From Sedimenticolaceae bacterium (GTDB lineage: Bacteria; Pseudomonadota; Gammaproteobacteria; Chromatiales; Chromatiaceae), in the NCBI GenBank assembly GCA_049669185.1, contig JBATKF010000505.1, positions 6,547 through 70,546 on the forward strand: a stretch of 64,000 nucleotides of DNA, in the 5' to 3' direction. Made by a program: the position numbers and the translations under genes. This document shows positions 17,826 to 26,705 of this stretch, in pieces. Position 1 is the stretch's first letter. Each line of letters starts with the position of its first letter. The notes under the pieces were generated by a model. That model did not search any database. It saw nothing but the letters and a program-made list of their open reading frames with translations, and was not told the DNA's origin.

Positions 17826-19676
17826 TCAGAGGCCGAACCGGGCGCGGGTCTCCGGCGTGATCCGACCGTCGGCCGTCCAGCCGCGCAATGCATAGTACTC
17901 GGGCAGCATCTGGTCGAGATCGTTGACGCGACCCTGGGCAGGCCCCACGTTGGCCGCCTCCTTGAGCAGGCGCTTCGGCAGGGTGTCCTGGTCCGCGGTC
18001 ATACCGGCACGCATATTGAAATCGCGTTCCAGGTTCCAGATGCGTTCACCGACCTCGAGCATGCGGTCGACGCTCCAGTCACCCTCGCAGGCGGCGTCCA
18101 CCTGGGGTGCGATGTTCTCCATGCTCCAGGCAAACGTGGTGAATACGCACAGACCGGCGGAATCGACCGCGGCGGTCGCATCCTGGAACGCCTTGACCAG
18201 TTCGGCCTTGCCCTCGGTCACCAGCGGGTCGGTCTTCACCGGGATGCCCAAGACCTCGGAGGCCACTGTGTAGCCCCGCAGATGGCAGGCGCCTCTGTTC
18301 GAGGTCGCATAGGCCAGGCCCATGCCCTGGATGGCGCGCGGGTCGTAGGCCGGGAACTCCTGACCCTTGACCGTCATCGACAGGTCGGGCATGCCGTATT
18401 TTTCACACAGGCGCTTGGAGCCCAGACCGATATCCCTGCCGAAGCCCTCACCGCGCGCGGTCAGCTCCGCCAGCGTGACCAGCGTGTCGGCCCGGTTGAA
18501 GCTGAGATCGATGCCGCCCGTGTGTTCGGTAGTGATAGCACCGGCCTCGAACAGCTCCATTGCCGCGGCCACGGTGGCGCCGAACGAGATCGGATCCATG
18601 CCGTCCTCGTTGCACAGGAAGTTCACATAGGTCAACGCGTCGAGATCGTCGACCCCGGTATCGGAGCCGAGTGCCCAGGCGGCCTCGTACTCCAGGCCAC
18701 CGGAGTTGCCCCAGTATTCGGGCTTGTTCTTCACGCTGAAGTGGCCCTTGTCCACCGTCGAGATGCGGCCGCACGCAATGGTGCACCCGAAACAGCCGGC
18801 GTTCGTGGTCAGGTTCGGCTTGCCGTCACTCGCGCGGGGTTCGTGCATCGCCTCGGCGGAGATCTTTTCCGCGCCCTCGAACTGCACCTCGCGCATATTG
18901 CGCGTCGGCATCGCGCCCATGCCGTTGATCACGTTCATCAGCACCTGCGTTCCGTAAGTCGGCAGGCCCTGGCCGGTGACGGCATTGTCGGCCAGCACCT
19001 GCTTGCCGGCGTTGACCGCGGCCATGAAGCGCGCCGGATCGGCGATGTTGCCGACGCCCAGGGTGCCGCGCACCGCGACCGCCTTGAGGTTCTTGGACGC
19101 CATCACGGTACCGACACCGGAACGGCCGGCCGCGCGGTGCAGATCGTTGACCACCGCCGCGTACAGGCAGCCGGCTTCTGCCGAACGGCCGATACAGGCG
19201 ACACGCAGCTGCGGATCCTGGTGCTGCCTGTGCAGGATCTCGTCGGCCTCCCACACGGATTTCCCCCAGATCGCCGCCGCCGGGCGCAATTCGGCCCGGT
19301 CGTTTTCGACATAGAGATAGACCGGCTCGGGCGACTGGCCTTCGAAGACGATCATGTCCCAACCGGCGTTCTTCATCTCGGCACCGATGAAGCCGCCCGA
19401 ATTCGAGCATGCGACCAGACCGGTCAACGGGCTCTTGGTGATCACCGAGTAGCGCCCACCGGTCGACGCCATAGTGCCGGTCAGCGGACCGGTCGCCATG
19501 ATCAGTTTGTTGTCCGGGCCCAGCGCATCGCAGGCCGGATCGATCTCCTCGGCGAGGTACTTGGTCGCCAGACCGCGTTGACCAAGATAGTCGTTGGCCC
19601 ACGCCATATTGAGCGCTTCGGGTACGCAGGTGCCTCGGCTGAGGTCGACGCGCAGTATCTTTCGTGTCCAGGCCAT
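17826..19676 (-). CDS. Aldehyde:ferredoxin oxidoreductase family, tungsten/pterin subunit (AorB-like)
   Basis: 616 aa with an AFOR N-domain (ILRVDLS...), the 4Fe-4S ligand stretch GCFGCTIACGR and the conserved DSAGLCVF motif. Confidence 0.93.
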   Translation of the reverse strand: MAWTRKILRVDLSRGTCVPEALNMAWANDYLGQRGLATKYLAEEIDPACDALGPDNKLIMATGPLTGTMASTGGRYSVITKSPLTGLVACSNSGGFIGAEMKNAGWDMIVFEGQSPEPVYLYVENDRAELRPAAAIWGKSVWEADEILHRQHQDPQLRVACIGRSAEAGCLYAAVVNDLHRAAGRSGVGTVMASKNLKAVAVRGTLGVGNIADPARFMAAVNAGKQVLADNAVTGQGLPTYGTQVLMNVINGMGAMPTRNMREVQFEGAEKISAEAMHEPRASDGKPNLTTNAGCFGCTIACGRISTVDKGHFSVKNKPEYWGNSGGLEYEAAWALGSDTGVDDLDALTYVNFLCNEDGMDPISFGATVAAAMELFEAGAITTEHTGGIDLSFNRADTLVTLAELTARGEGFGRDIGLGSKRLCEKYGMPDLSMTVKGQEFPAYDPRAIQGMGLAYATSNRGACHLRGYTVASEVLGIPVKTDPLVTEGKAELVKAFQDATAAVDSAGLCVFTTFAWSMENIAPQVDAACEGDWSVDRMLEVGERIWNLERDFNMRAGMTADQDTLPKRLLKEAANVGPAQGRVNDLDQMLPEYYALRGWTADGRITPETRARFGL

Positions 19677-19691
19677 GTCGTCTTCCTCCAG

Positions 19692-20165
19692 TTAACCGGC
19701 GCTGCCGGCCAGGCTCTGCTGGGCGTAGGCGCGCATCCTGTCGAGCCCGGTCCAGTCCGCGTCGACATAGACGATCGCCGCGGTCGGGCAGGCCTGGGCG
19801 CAGGCCGGGTCGCCGCCGCACAGATCACACTTGATCACCTTGCCGGTCGCCGAGTTGTAGTTGACCGTGCCGAAGGGACAGGCAATGGTGCAGACCTTGC
19901 AACCCACGCAGCGCGCGTCGACTATCACCTTGGCGCCGGTCGCCGCGTCTACCTGGATGGCATCCACCGGACAGGCCTTCTGACACCACGCCTCGGCACA
20001 TTGGGTACAGGTGTAGGGTGCAAACCGTCCCTCATGGTGAAAGGTGAACACCTTTATCCGCGACTTGGCGGGATTGAAGATGCCCTCGTTTTCATACGAG
20101 CAGGCCATTTCACATTGCAGGCAACCGGTGCATTTTCCGGGGTCGATATGCAGGGATCGCTGCAT
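19692..20165 (-). CDS. 4Fe-4S multicluster ferredoxin-like subunit (AorA-like)
   Basis: 157 aa with CTGCLQCEMAC, CTQCAEAWCQKACP, CVGCKVCTIACPFG and CDLCGGDPACAQACP. Confidence 0.9.
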   Translation of the reverse strand: MQRSLHIDPGKCTGCLQCEMACSYENEGIFNPAKSRIKVFTFHHEGRFAPYTCTQCAEAWCQKACPVDAIQVDAATGAKVIVDARCVGCKVCTIACPFGTVNYNSATGKVIKCDLCGGDPACAQACPTAAIVYVDADWTGLDRMRAYAQQSLAGSAG

Positions 20166-20283
20166 CGGGAAACCTCCTGTGTCGGGTGATAGGGCGCGTT
20201 GACCGCGCTTCTGATTGAGATTTGTAGGTTAATATTTAGCAGCCCTGCCGCCGAGTGCAATTCGCGGGCAGGCTTTTCGAGGA

Positions 20284-20448
20284 TAGCAGCCTGTCGGACT
20301 TAACCGTCTGCGACGAAAAACACTGGGAGCGAGTCAAATCAGGTTATCGTCTGAGGAGACTAGCCCAGCTATTTGATTAAAGAGGATAAGCGGAGTTGAT
20401 CGCTATCCAGGGATTTGCAGCCAAAGCGCTAAGTCCGACAGGCTGCTA
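20284..20448. repeat. 19-bp perfect inverted repeat bracketing a 127-bp AT-richer core
   Basis: TAGCAGCCTGTCGGACTTA at 20284-20302 is the exact reverse complement of 20430-20448. A degenerate direct third copy (TAGCAGCCCTGCCG) is at 20237-20250. Confidence 0.85.
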
Positions 20449-20717
20449 GCACCCACCCACGGCGGAGTCGGTCTCCGGACAGCGCGGGCCGTCGCGCGGC
20501 GTCCCATCAGACGCCACGGCCAATCCAGGCTTTCCCCCGCAATCGCCAGGGTATTGCCCGCATTCCGCTGCGCGGCGTTGACCATAGCCTGCGCATTCTC
20601 GCCGTGCACCATTTGCGTTTCCTCGGCATACTGGACCTCGATTCGCCCCTTGCAGGCCGATGCGAGCGGGTTGGCAGGCCGCGGCGATTTTTCCAGAATG
20701 GTGCCTGACGCCATCAA
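20403..20717 (-). CDS. Doubtful hypothetical ORF (104 aa) whose 3' end runs into the inverted repeat
   Basis: High GC3 and non-junk composition for the first 70 codons or so (…GRIEVQYAEETQMVHGENAQAMVNAAQRNAGNTLAIAGES…). No family recognised. The last 15 codons or so are encoded by the right IR arm. Confidence 0.25.
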   Translation of the reverse strand: MMASGTILEKSPRPANPLASACKGRIEVQYAEETQMVHGENAQAMVNAAQRNAGNTLAIAGESLDWPWRLMGRRATARAVRRPTPPWVGASSLSDLALWLQIPG

Positions 20718-20776
20718 TCAATAAGCGGCGGGATAGGCCCGTTTTTCACGTCGCAGAAGACCATCGACCTACCTCT

Positions 20777-22927
20777 ATGACCCAGCGATCCGACGGACAC
20801 TATCTCCTTCTTCTCAGCATTCACGGGCTTATCCGCGGCCAGGACCTCGAGTTGGGTCGTGACGCCGATACCGGCGGACAGACCAAATACGTCGTCGACC
20901 TGGCCAGGGCAGTGGCCGCACATCCCGACGTGGAGCGTATCGATCTGGTGACCCGTCGCGTGGATGACCCCGGCGTCAGCGACGACTACGCCGTTCCGAT
21001 CGAACCCCTCTCAGACAAGGCACGGATTATCCGCATCGACGCCGGACCCCCGGAGTACATCCGCAAAGAACAGCTGTGGGATCACCTCGACAGCTTCGTG
21101 GACAACCTGGCCGATTGGCTGCGCAAAGAGCCACGAATGCCCGATCTGGTCCACAGCCACTACGCCGACGCCGGCTATGTCGGCGTGCGCCTGGGCCACC
21201 ACTTGGGGATCCCGCTGGTACACACCGGCCATTCGCTGGGGCGTGACAAGCGCAAGCGGCTATTGGCGCGCGGTCTGTCCAGGGACGAGATCGAGAAGAC
21301 CTACAACATCGAGCGACGCATCGACGCCGAGGAAGAGGTGCTGGCGAATGCCGAGCTGGTGATCACCAGCACCCACAATGAGATCGAACAGCAGTACGGG
21401 CTTTACAACTACTACGATCCTGCACGCATGGCCGTGATTCCTCCGGGTACCGACCTGGTGCAGTTCCACCCGCCGACGAACGAAAAGCCACCCGCCTTCG
21501 CCAGCCAGGTAAACCGCTTCCTGGCCGACCCGGATAAACCACTGATCCTGGCACTGTCGCGGCCGGACGAGCGCAAGAACATCCTCACGCTGATCGAGGC
21601 CTATGGCGAGTCACAGCCCTTGCGGCAGGCGGCCAATCTGCTGATCGTCGCGGGCAATCGCGACGATATCCGCGACATGGACAGCGGTGCGCAGCGCGTG
21701 ATGACCAATATCCTGCTGCTGATCGACACCTATGATCTGTATGGCAGGGTAGCGGTCCCCAAGAGCCACCGTGCCAATGAGGTGCCCGAAATCTATCGTC
21801 TGGCCGCGTCGAGCGCCGGCGTATTCATCAACCCGGCATTGACCGAGCCCTTTGGGCTGACGCTGCTCGAGGCCGCCGCCAGCGGCCTGCCGGTGGTGGC
21901 TACCGAGAACGGGGGCCCAGTAGACATCATCGCGAACTGCCGCAACGGGGAATTGATCGATCCACTCGACAAGCAGGCGATCACCGAGGCCCTGCTGAAA
22001 CTCTTGCGCGACCATGACGCCTGGTCGGCCGCCGCACGCAACGGCATCGAGGGGGTGGGTCGTCACTATTCATGGCCGGCGCATGCCGAGGCCTATCTGG
22101 CCAAGATTCGTGACCTCGATACGGGTTATGCCCCGCTGCCCAGGGAACGCACGACGTCACGCACGCTGCGCTACCGCGATCGTGCGATCTTCAGCGATCT
22201 CGACCAGAACCTGATCGGCGATCCCGGTGCCCTGCAGCGCTTCGTCGAGGTGATGCACGAAAACCGCAAATGCGTCACCTTTGGCATCGCGACCGGTCGA
22301 CGCATCGATTCGGCCTTGGCGTTGATGAAGAAGCAGGGCATCCCGGCCCCGGACGTGCTGATCAGCAGCCTGGGGACACGTATCCATTACGGACAGTCCC
22401 TGAACGAAGACGACTACTGGGCGGATCACATCGATCACGACTGGAATCCCCAGCAGGTGCGCCGTGCGCTGGCGGAGCTGCCTGGGTTAACGCCGCAACC
22501 CAAGAACGAACAGACGCCGTACAAGCTCTCGTACTACTATGACCCACAGACGGCACCGTCGGTCGAAGACATCATCGCCCTGCTTCGCCAGAAGGACCTG
22601 ACGGTCAATGTGATGTCCTCGTTCGGCCAGTTTCTCGATATCGTGCCTTCGCGCGCCTCGAAAGGCCAAGCGTTGCGCTACTTGTCGCAGCGCCTGAGCA
22701 TTCCGCTCGAGAACACCCTCGCCGTCGGCGGCTCGGGCAGTGATGAAGATATGATGCGCGGCAATACCCTGGCCGTCGTGGTCGCCAATCGCCACCATGA
22801 AGAGCTTTCTCAGCTGGTCGATCAGGAGCGGATCTATTTCGCTGCCAGGCCCTATGCGTCCGGTATCCTCGAGGCAATCGACCATTACGATTTCTTCAAT
22901 GCCTGTGATGTCCCGCGAGATTCCTAG
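20777..22927 (+). CDS. sps: Sucrose-phosphate synthase (GT4 domain plus C-terminal SPP-like HAD domain)
   Basis: The start was moved to MTQRSDGHYLLLLSIHGLIRGQDLELGRDADTGGQTKYV, the canonical SPS N-terminus. The GT-B core is followed by a HAD-like C-domain. Confidence 0.9.
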   Translation: MTQRSDGHYLLLLSIHGLIRGQDLELGRDADTGGQTKYVVDLARAVAAHPDVERIDLVTRRVDDPGVSDDYAVPIEPLSDKARIIRIDAGPPEYIRKEQLWDHLDSFVDNLADWLRKEPRMPDLVHSHYADAGYVGVRLGHHLGIPLVHTGHSLGRDKRKRLLARGLSRDEIEKTYNIERRIDAEEEVLANAELVITSTHNEIEQQYGLYNYYDPARMAVIPPGTDLVQFHPPTNEKPPAFASQVNRFLADPDKPLILALSRPDERKNILTLIEAYGESQPLRQAANLLIVAGNRDDIRDMDSGAQRVMTNILLLIDTYDLYGRVAVPKSHRANEVPEIYRLAASSAGVFINPALTEPFGLTLLEAAASGLPVVATENGGPVDIIANCRNGELIDPLDKQAITEALLKLLRDHDAWSAAARNGIEGVGRHYSWPAHAEAYLAKIRDLDTGYAPLPRERTTSRTLRYRDRAIFSDLDQNLIGDPGALQRFVEVMHENRKCVTFGIATGRRIDSALALMKKQGIPAPDVLISSLGTRIHYGQSLNEDDYWADHIDHDWNPQQVRRALAELPGLTPQPKNEQTPYKLSYYYDPQTAPSVEDIIALLRQKDLTVNVMSSFGQFLDIVPSRASKGQALRYLSQRLSIPLENTLAVGGSGSDEDMMRGNTLAVVVANRHHEELSQLVDQERIYFAARPYASGILEAIDHYDFFNACDVPRDS

Positions 22928-22929
22928 CC

Positions 22930-23781
22930 GTGCCGCTGCTCATTTGTACCGATCTCGACAGGACGCTGATACCTAATGGGCCTCAGTCGGAATCGCCGGC
23001 GGCGCGCGAGCACTTCGCGGTGCTGGCGGGACATCCTGAGGTGACTGTCGCCTTCGTTACCGGGCGGCATCGTGCGCTGGTCGATCAGGCAATCAACAAC
23101 TACCGCCTGCCGCGGCCGGACTTTGTGATCGGCGACGTCGGTACCACCGTCTATCAACTAGGGTCTGCAGGAGACTGGGTACGGCAAGCCGCCTGGGAGC
23201 GGGAGATCGCGCAGGACTGGGGCGGTCGGACCCGTGCGGACATTAGGTCCCTATTGGTCGACCTGCCGGCAATCCGGCCGCAGGAGACCGCCAAACAGAA
23301 TAATTACAAGCTCAGCTACTATGTGCCGCTGCACAGCGACCGCGACAGCCTGTCGAAACGCATCGAAGACCGACTGCGCGCGCACGGCGTCAATGCGCGC
23401 CTGATCTGGAGCGTCGACGAACCTGCCGGCGTCGGACTGCTCGATGTGGTGCCGGCACGGGCCTCGAAATACCATGCGATCGAGGCGCTGATCGCCACCT
23501 ACGGGTTTAGCCGTGACGACACCGTGTTTTGCGGCGACAGCGGTAACGATATCGAGGTACTCGCCAGCCCCATCCCGGCGGTGCTGGTCGCCAACTGTCA
23601 GCCACAGGTGCGCGAGCTGGCGACACGCCTGGCGCGCGAACGCGGGTGTGCCGATTGCCTGTATGTCGCGCGGGGCGGCTTCATGGGCATGAACGGCAAC
23701 TACGGTGCAGGTATGCTCGAGGGCATCGCTCACTACCATCCGCACAGTGTCGAATGGATGGGGTTCGGAGACGAGGGATGA
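22930..23781 (+). CDS. spp: Sucrose-phosphate phosphatase (HAD-IIB)
   Basis: 283 aa with a GTG start 3 nt after the sps stop. HAD motif I is TDLDRTL, with GDSGNDIE as motif IV. Confidence 0.85.
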   Translation: MPLLICTDLDRTLIPNGPQSESPAAREHFAVLAGHPEVTVAFVTGRHRALVDQAINNYRLPRPDFVIGDVGTTVYQLGSAGDWVRQAAWEREIAQDWGGRTRADIRSLLVDLPAIRPQETAKQNNYKLSYYVPLHSDRDSLSKRIEDRLRAHGVNARLIWSVDEPAGVGLLDVVPARASKYHAIEALIATYGFSRDDTVFCGDSGNDIEVLASPIPAVLVANCQPQVRELATRLARERGCADCLYVARGGFMGMNGNYGAGMLEGIAHYHPHSVEWMGFGDEG

Positions 23782-23816
23782 ACCCAGGTGATGCGCTGAG
23801 CGCAGCCGCTTAAAGA

Positions 23817-24728
23817 ATGTTTGATCAGGACAATACAGTGAGCACCAAGACAGGCCGCCTGTGCGTTTTCGGTGAGGTATTATTCGATCGATTTCCGGAC
23901 GGCAAGCGGGTGCTTGGCGGCGCGCCCTTCAATGTCGCCTGGCACCTTCAGGCATTCGGTCAGGCACCGTTTTTCGTGAGTCGCATCGGCGCCGACCGCG
24001 AAGGTGACAGCATTCGCGACGCCATGCGGGACTGGGGTATGGACCTTGCCGGCCTGCAGACCGACAGCACGCATCCGACAGGGCGTGTCGATGTAAAGAT
24101 CACTGCGGGTGAACCCAGCTATGACATCGTGCACCCCTGCGCCTATGACGCCATCACGCCGCCGGCCGCGGCGCCGCAGTGTCGCCTGCTTTATCACGGC
24201 AGCCTTGCGCTGCGGTCTCCTATCTCGCGCAGTGCCTTGCAGCACCTGCTCGCATGTCACCCGGAAACCGTATTCGTCGACGTCAATCTGCGCCCACCCT
24301 GGTGGCACCGCGACGACGTGTTGGCCATGCTCGACAAGGCGGACTGGGTGAAGCTCAACGGCGACGAATTGCTGAAGCTGACAGCGCTCGAAGGCCTGCC
24401 CCAGGATGGCGCAGCCGGATTTCTAGAGCGCCACGGCCTCAGGGGTCTGGTACTGACCCACGGGTCCCGCGGCGCCGAGGTGCTGACTGCCTCGGGCGAA
24501 CGCTGTACTGTGACGCCCGATGCCAAGGTCGAGGTGGTGGATACCGTTGGTGCGGGCGACGCCTTCGCCTCGGTGATCATCCTGGGTCTGACCCAGGGTT
24601 GGCCCATGGCGCTGATGCTGCAGCGTGCCCAGGCCTTTGCATCCCGGCTGGTCGGCAATCGGGGTGCCACGCTGCACGACCCGGCGTTGTACAAACCCTT
24701 TATCGACGACTGGAGATTCACGGTCTAG
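23817..24728 (+). CDS. PfkB-family carbohydrate kinase (fructokinase-like)
   Basis: 303 aa with GGAPFNVA and DTVGAGDAF PfkB signatures. It sits between spp and the amylosucrase gene. Confidence 0.85.
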   Translation: MFDQDNTVSTKTGRLCVFGEVLFDRFPDGKRVLGGAPFNVAWHLQAFGQAPFFVSRIGADREGDSIRDAMRDWGMDLAGLQTDSTHPTGRVDVKITAGEPSYDIVHPCAYDAITPPAAAPQCRLLYHGSLALRSPISRSALQHLLACHPETVFVDVNLRPPWWHRDDVLAMLDKADWVKLNGDELLKLTALEGLPQDGAAGFLERHGLRGLVLTHGSRGAEVLTASGERCTVTPDAKVEVVDTVGAGDAFASVIILGLTQGWPMALMLQRAQAFASRLVGNRGATLHDPALYKPFIDDWRFTV

Positions 24729-24740
24729 CCTGAAGCCCCT

Positions 24741-26705
24741 ATGTACGAACAGGTATCCCACTCTCTGCTGAATAAGATCCTCGATGAGCTAAAGCCAGAG
24801 ATCCGCAAGCAAGACCTGCGGCATTTCTATACCCGCCTGGGCGCCAATTTCTATGCCATCTATTCGCTGTTCCACCACCTCTACGGCCAGCGTGATGACT
24901 TCGAGCAGCAGATGGTGAATCTCGTCGAGGTGATGGCGCGCCAGTACATCAAGCGCGATGACGATCTCAAGCAGAGCGATATCGAGCGTGAGCAGAACCA
25001 TAACTGGTTTCTCAGTCAGCAGTGGGTCGGTATGGCGCTTTACGTGGACGGCTTCGCCGGTGATCTGACCGGCGTGAAGGCACATCTCGGCTATCTACAG
25101 GACCTCGGCGTCAACATGTTGCACCTGATGCCGATATTGCGCTGCCCGGCGGGCGCCAGTGACGGCGGCTACGCGGTCAGCGATTTTCGCAACATCGATG
25201 CGCGCGTCGGCACCCTCGAACAACTGCGCGAGCTGGCAGGCAATATGCGGGTGCGCGACATGCTGCTCACGCTCGACGTCGTAGTGAATCACACATCGGA
25301 CGAGCACGAGTGGGCGCAGCGCGCACGCAACGGGGAGAAGAAGTACGAGGATTACTATTACATCTTCCGCGACCGCAATATCCCGGACATGTTCGAGGAG
25401 ACGATGCCGGAGATCTTCCCGGAGACCGCACCCGGCAACTTCACCTTCGACGAGACCATGAACAAGTGGGTGATGACGGTCTTCAACGACTACCAATGGG
25501 ACCTGAACTACAGCAATCCGGCGGTATTCATCGAGATGGTCGACATCATCCTGTTCTGGGCCAACCAGGGTGCGGATATCGTGCGGCTCGACGCGGTTGC
25601 CTTTCTGTGGAAGAAGATCGGCACCACCTGTCAAAATGAGCGCGAGGCACACCTTATCCTGCAGCTGATGAAAGACTGCAGCCAAGTGACCGCCCCCGGC
25701 GTGTTGTTCATCGCCGAGGCCATCGTAGCCCCGGTCGAGATCATCAAATACTTTGGCGAGGATGCAGTGATCGCCAAGGAGTGCGAGATCGCCTACAACG
25801 CCACCTTCATGGCCTTGCTGTGGGAGGCCGTCGCGACCAAGAACGCCAAGCTGCTCGATCAGGGGATCCGCAGCCTGCCCGACAAACTGGATCGCGCCAC
25901 CTGGCTCAATTACGTGCGCTGCCACGACGACATCGGCCTGGGCTTCGACGACACCGATATCATCAAGGCCGGTTACGATCCCTATGCCCATAGGCGCTTC
26001 CTGGTCGAGTATTTCACCGGCGTCTACGATGCCTCGACGGCCCGCGGGCAGCCGTTCGGCGTCAATTACAAGACGGGTGACGCGCGCATCTCGGGGTCTC
26101 TTGCGTCCCTGGTAGGCCTGGAGTCGGCATTAGAGGGTGGCGACGAGGCCGCGATCCAGCGCAGCATCGATATCATACTGCTGCTGCACAGCATGATCAT
26201 GTCGTTCGGCGGCATCCCGCTGCTGTACTACGGCGACGAAATCGGCAATCTCAACGACTGCACCTTTCTCCAGGACGAGAGCAAGGCGCGTGACAACCGC
26301 TGGATGCACCGTCCGCGCATCGACTGGTCCAAGGCAGAACTGCGCAATCAACACGGCAGCGTGGAGCAGCGGATCTTTTTCGGCCTGCAGAAAATGATTG
26401 CGGTGCGCAAAAGCACCGCGGCATTCGCCGACTACAACAATCGCTGGCTGATAGAGACCGGCAACCCGCACCTGTTTGTGTTCATGCGCAACAATCCGTT
26501 TCAACTCAACGACAGCGTGTTAGTGGTCGGCAACTTCGACGCCGCGCCGCAATCGTTGACGCTGAGCGATCTGAGCAACCGTGGCCACTTCGAATATGGA
26601 CAGCTATTCGACCTCTGCTCCGGCGAGTCGCCGCAGCAGTTCAATGATCAACTGGTGGTACCCCCACACCGTTTTTATTGGCTGACCGACCATCGGCTTT
26701 CCTAA
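24741..26705 (+). CDS. ams: Amylosucrase (GH13)
   Basis: 654 aa. GH13 regions are present: VVNHTSDEH, GADIVRLDAVAF (nucleophile), FIAEAIV (acid/base), VRCHDDIG. Length and N-domain are typical of amylosucrases. Confidence 0.85.
   Translation: MYEQVSHSLLNKILDELKPEIRKQDLRHFYTRLGANFYAIYSLFHHLYGQRDDFEQQMVNLVEVMARQYIKRDDDLKQSDIEREQNHNWFLSQQWVGMALYVDGFAGDLTGVKAHLGYLQDLGVNMLHLMPILRCPAGASDGGYAVSDFRNIDARVGTLEQLRELAGNMRVRDMLLTLDVVVNHTSDEHEWAQRARNGEKKYEDYYYIFRDRNIPDMFEETMPEIFPETAPGNFTFDETMNKWVMTVFNDYQWDLNYSNPAVFIEMVDIILFWANQGADIVRLDAVAFLWKKIGTTCQNEREAHLILQLMKDCSQVTAPGVLFIAEAIVAPVEIIKYFGEDAVIAKECEIAYNATFMALLWEAVATKNAKLLDQGIRSLPDKLDRATWLNYVRCHDDIGLGFDDTDIIKAGYDPYAHRRFLVEYFTGVYDASTARGQPFGVNYKTGDARISGSLASLVGLESALEGGDEAAIQRSIDIILLLHSMIMSFGGIPLLYYGDEIGNLNDCTFLQDESKARDNRWMHRPRIDWSKAELRNQHGSVEQRIFFGLQKMIAVRKSTAAFADYNNRWLIETGNPHLFVFMRNNPFQLNDSVLVVGNFDAAPQSLTLSDLSNRGHFEYGQLFDLCSGESPQQFNDQLVVPPHRFYWLTDHRLS

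Noticed and set aside
9251-19676. In-frame TGA (selenocysteine) or frameshift recoding in the Mo/W enzymes
   Set aside because: Both catalytic subunits are single uninterrupted ORFs of family-typical length, with Cys-containing motifs intact.
18282-20189. 635-aa ORF on the + strand, the longest unannotated ORF in the track
   Set aside because: It lies entirely antisense to the AOR and FeS genes. It is Arg/Gly/Ala/His-rich with no recognisable motif. This is a typical stop-codon-poor shadow frame in high-GC DNA.
20284-20448. Calling the inverted-repeat unit a bona fide MITE
   Set aside because: There is no target-site duplication flanking the arms (…GGA|T… versus …A|GCA…) and only one copy is visible in this window. 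It is reported as an unexplained repeat instead.
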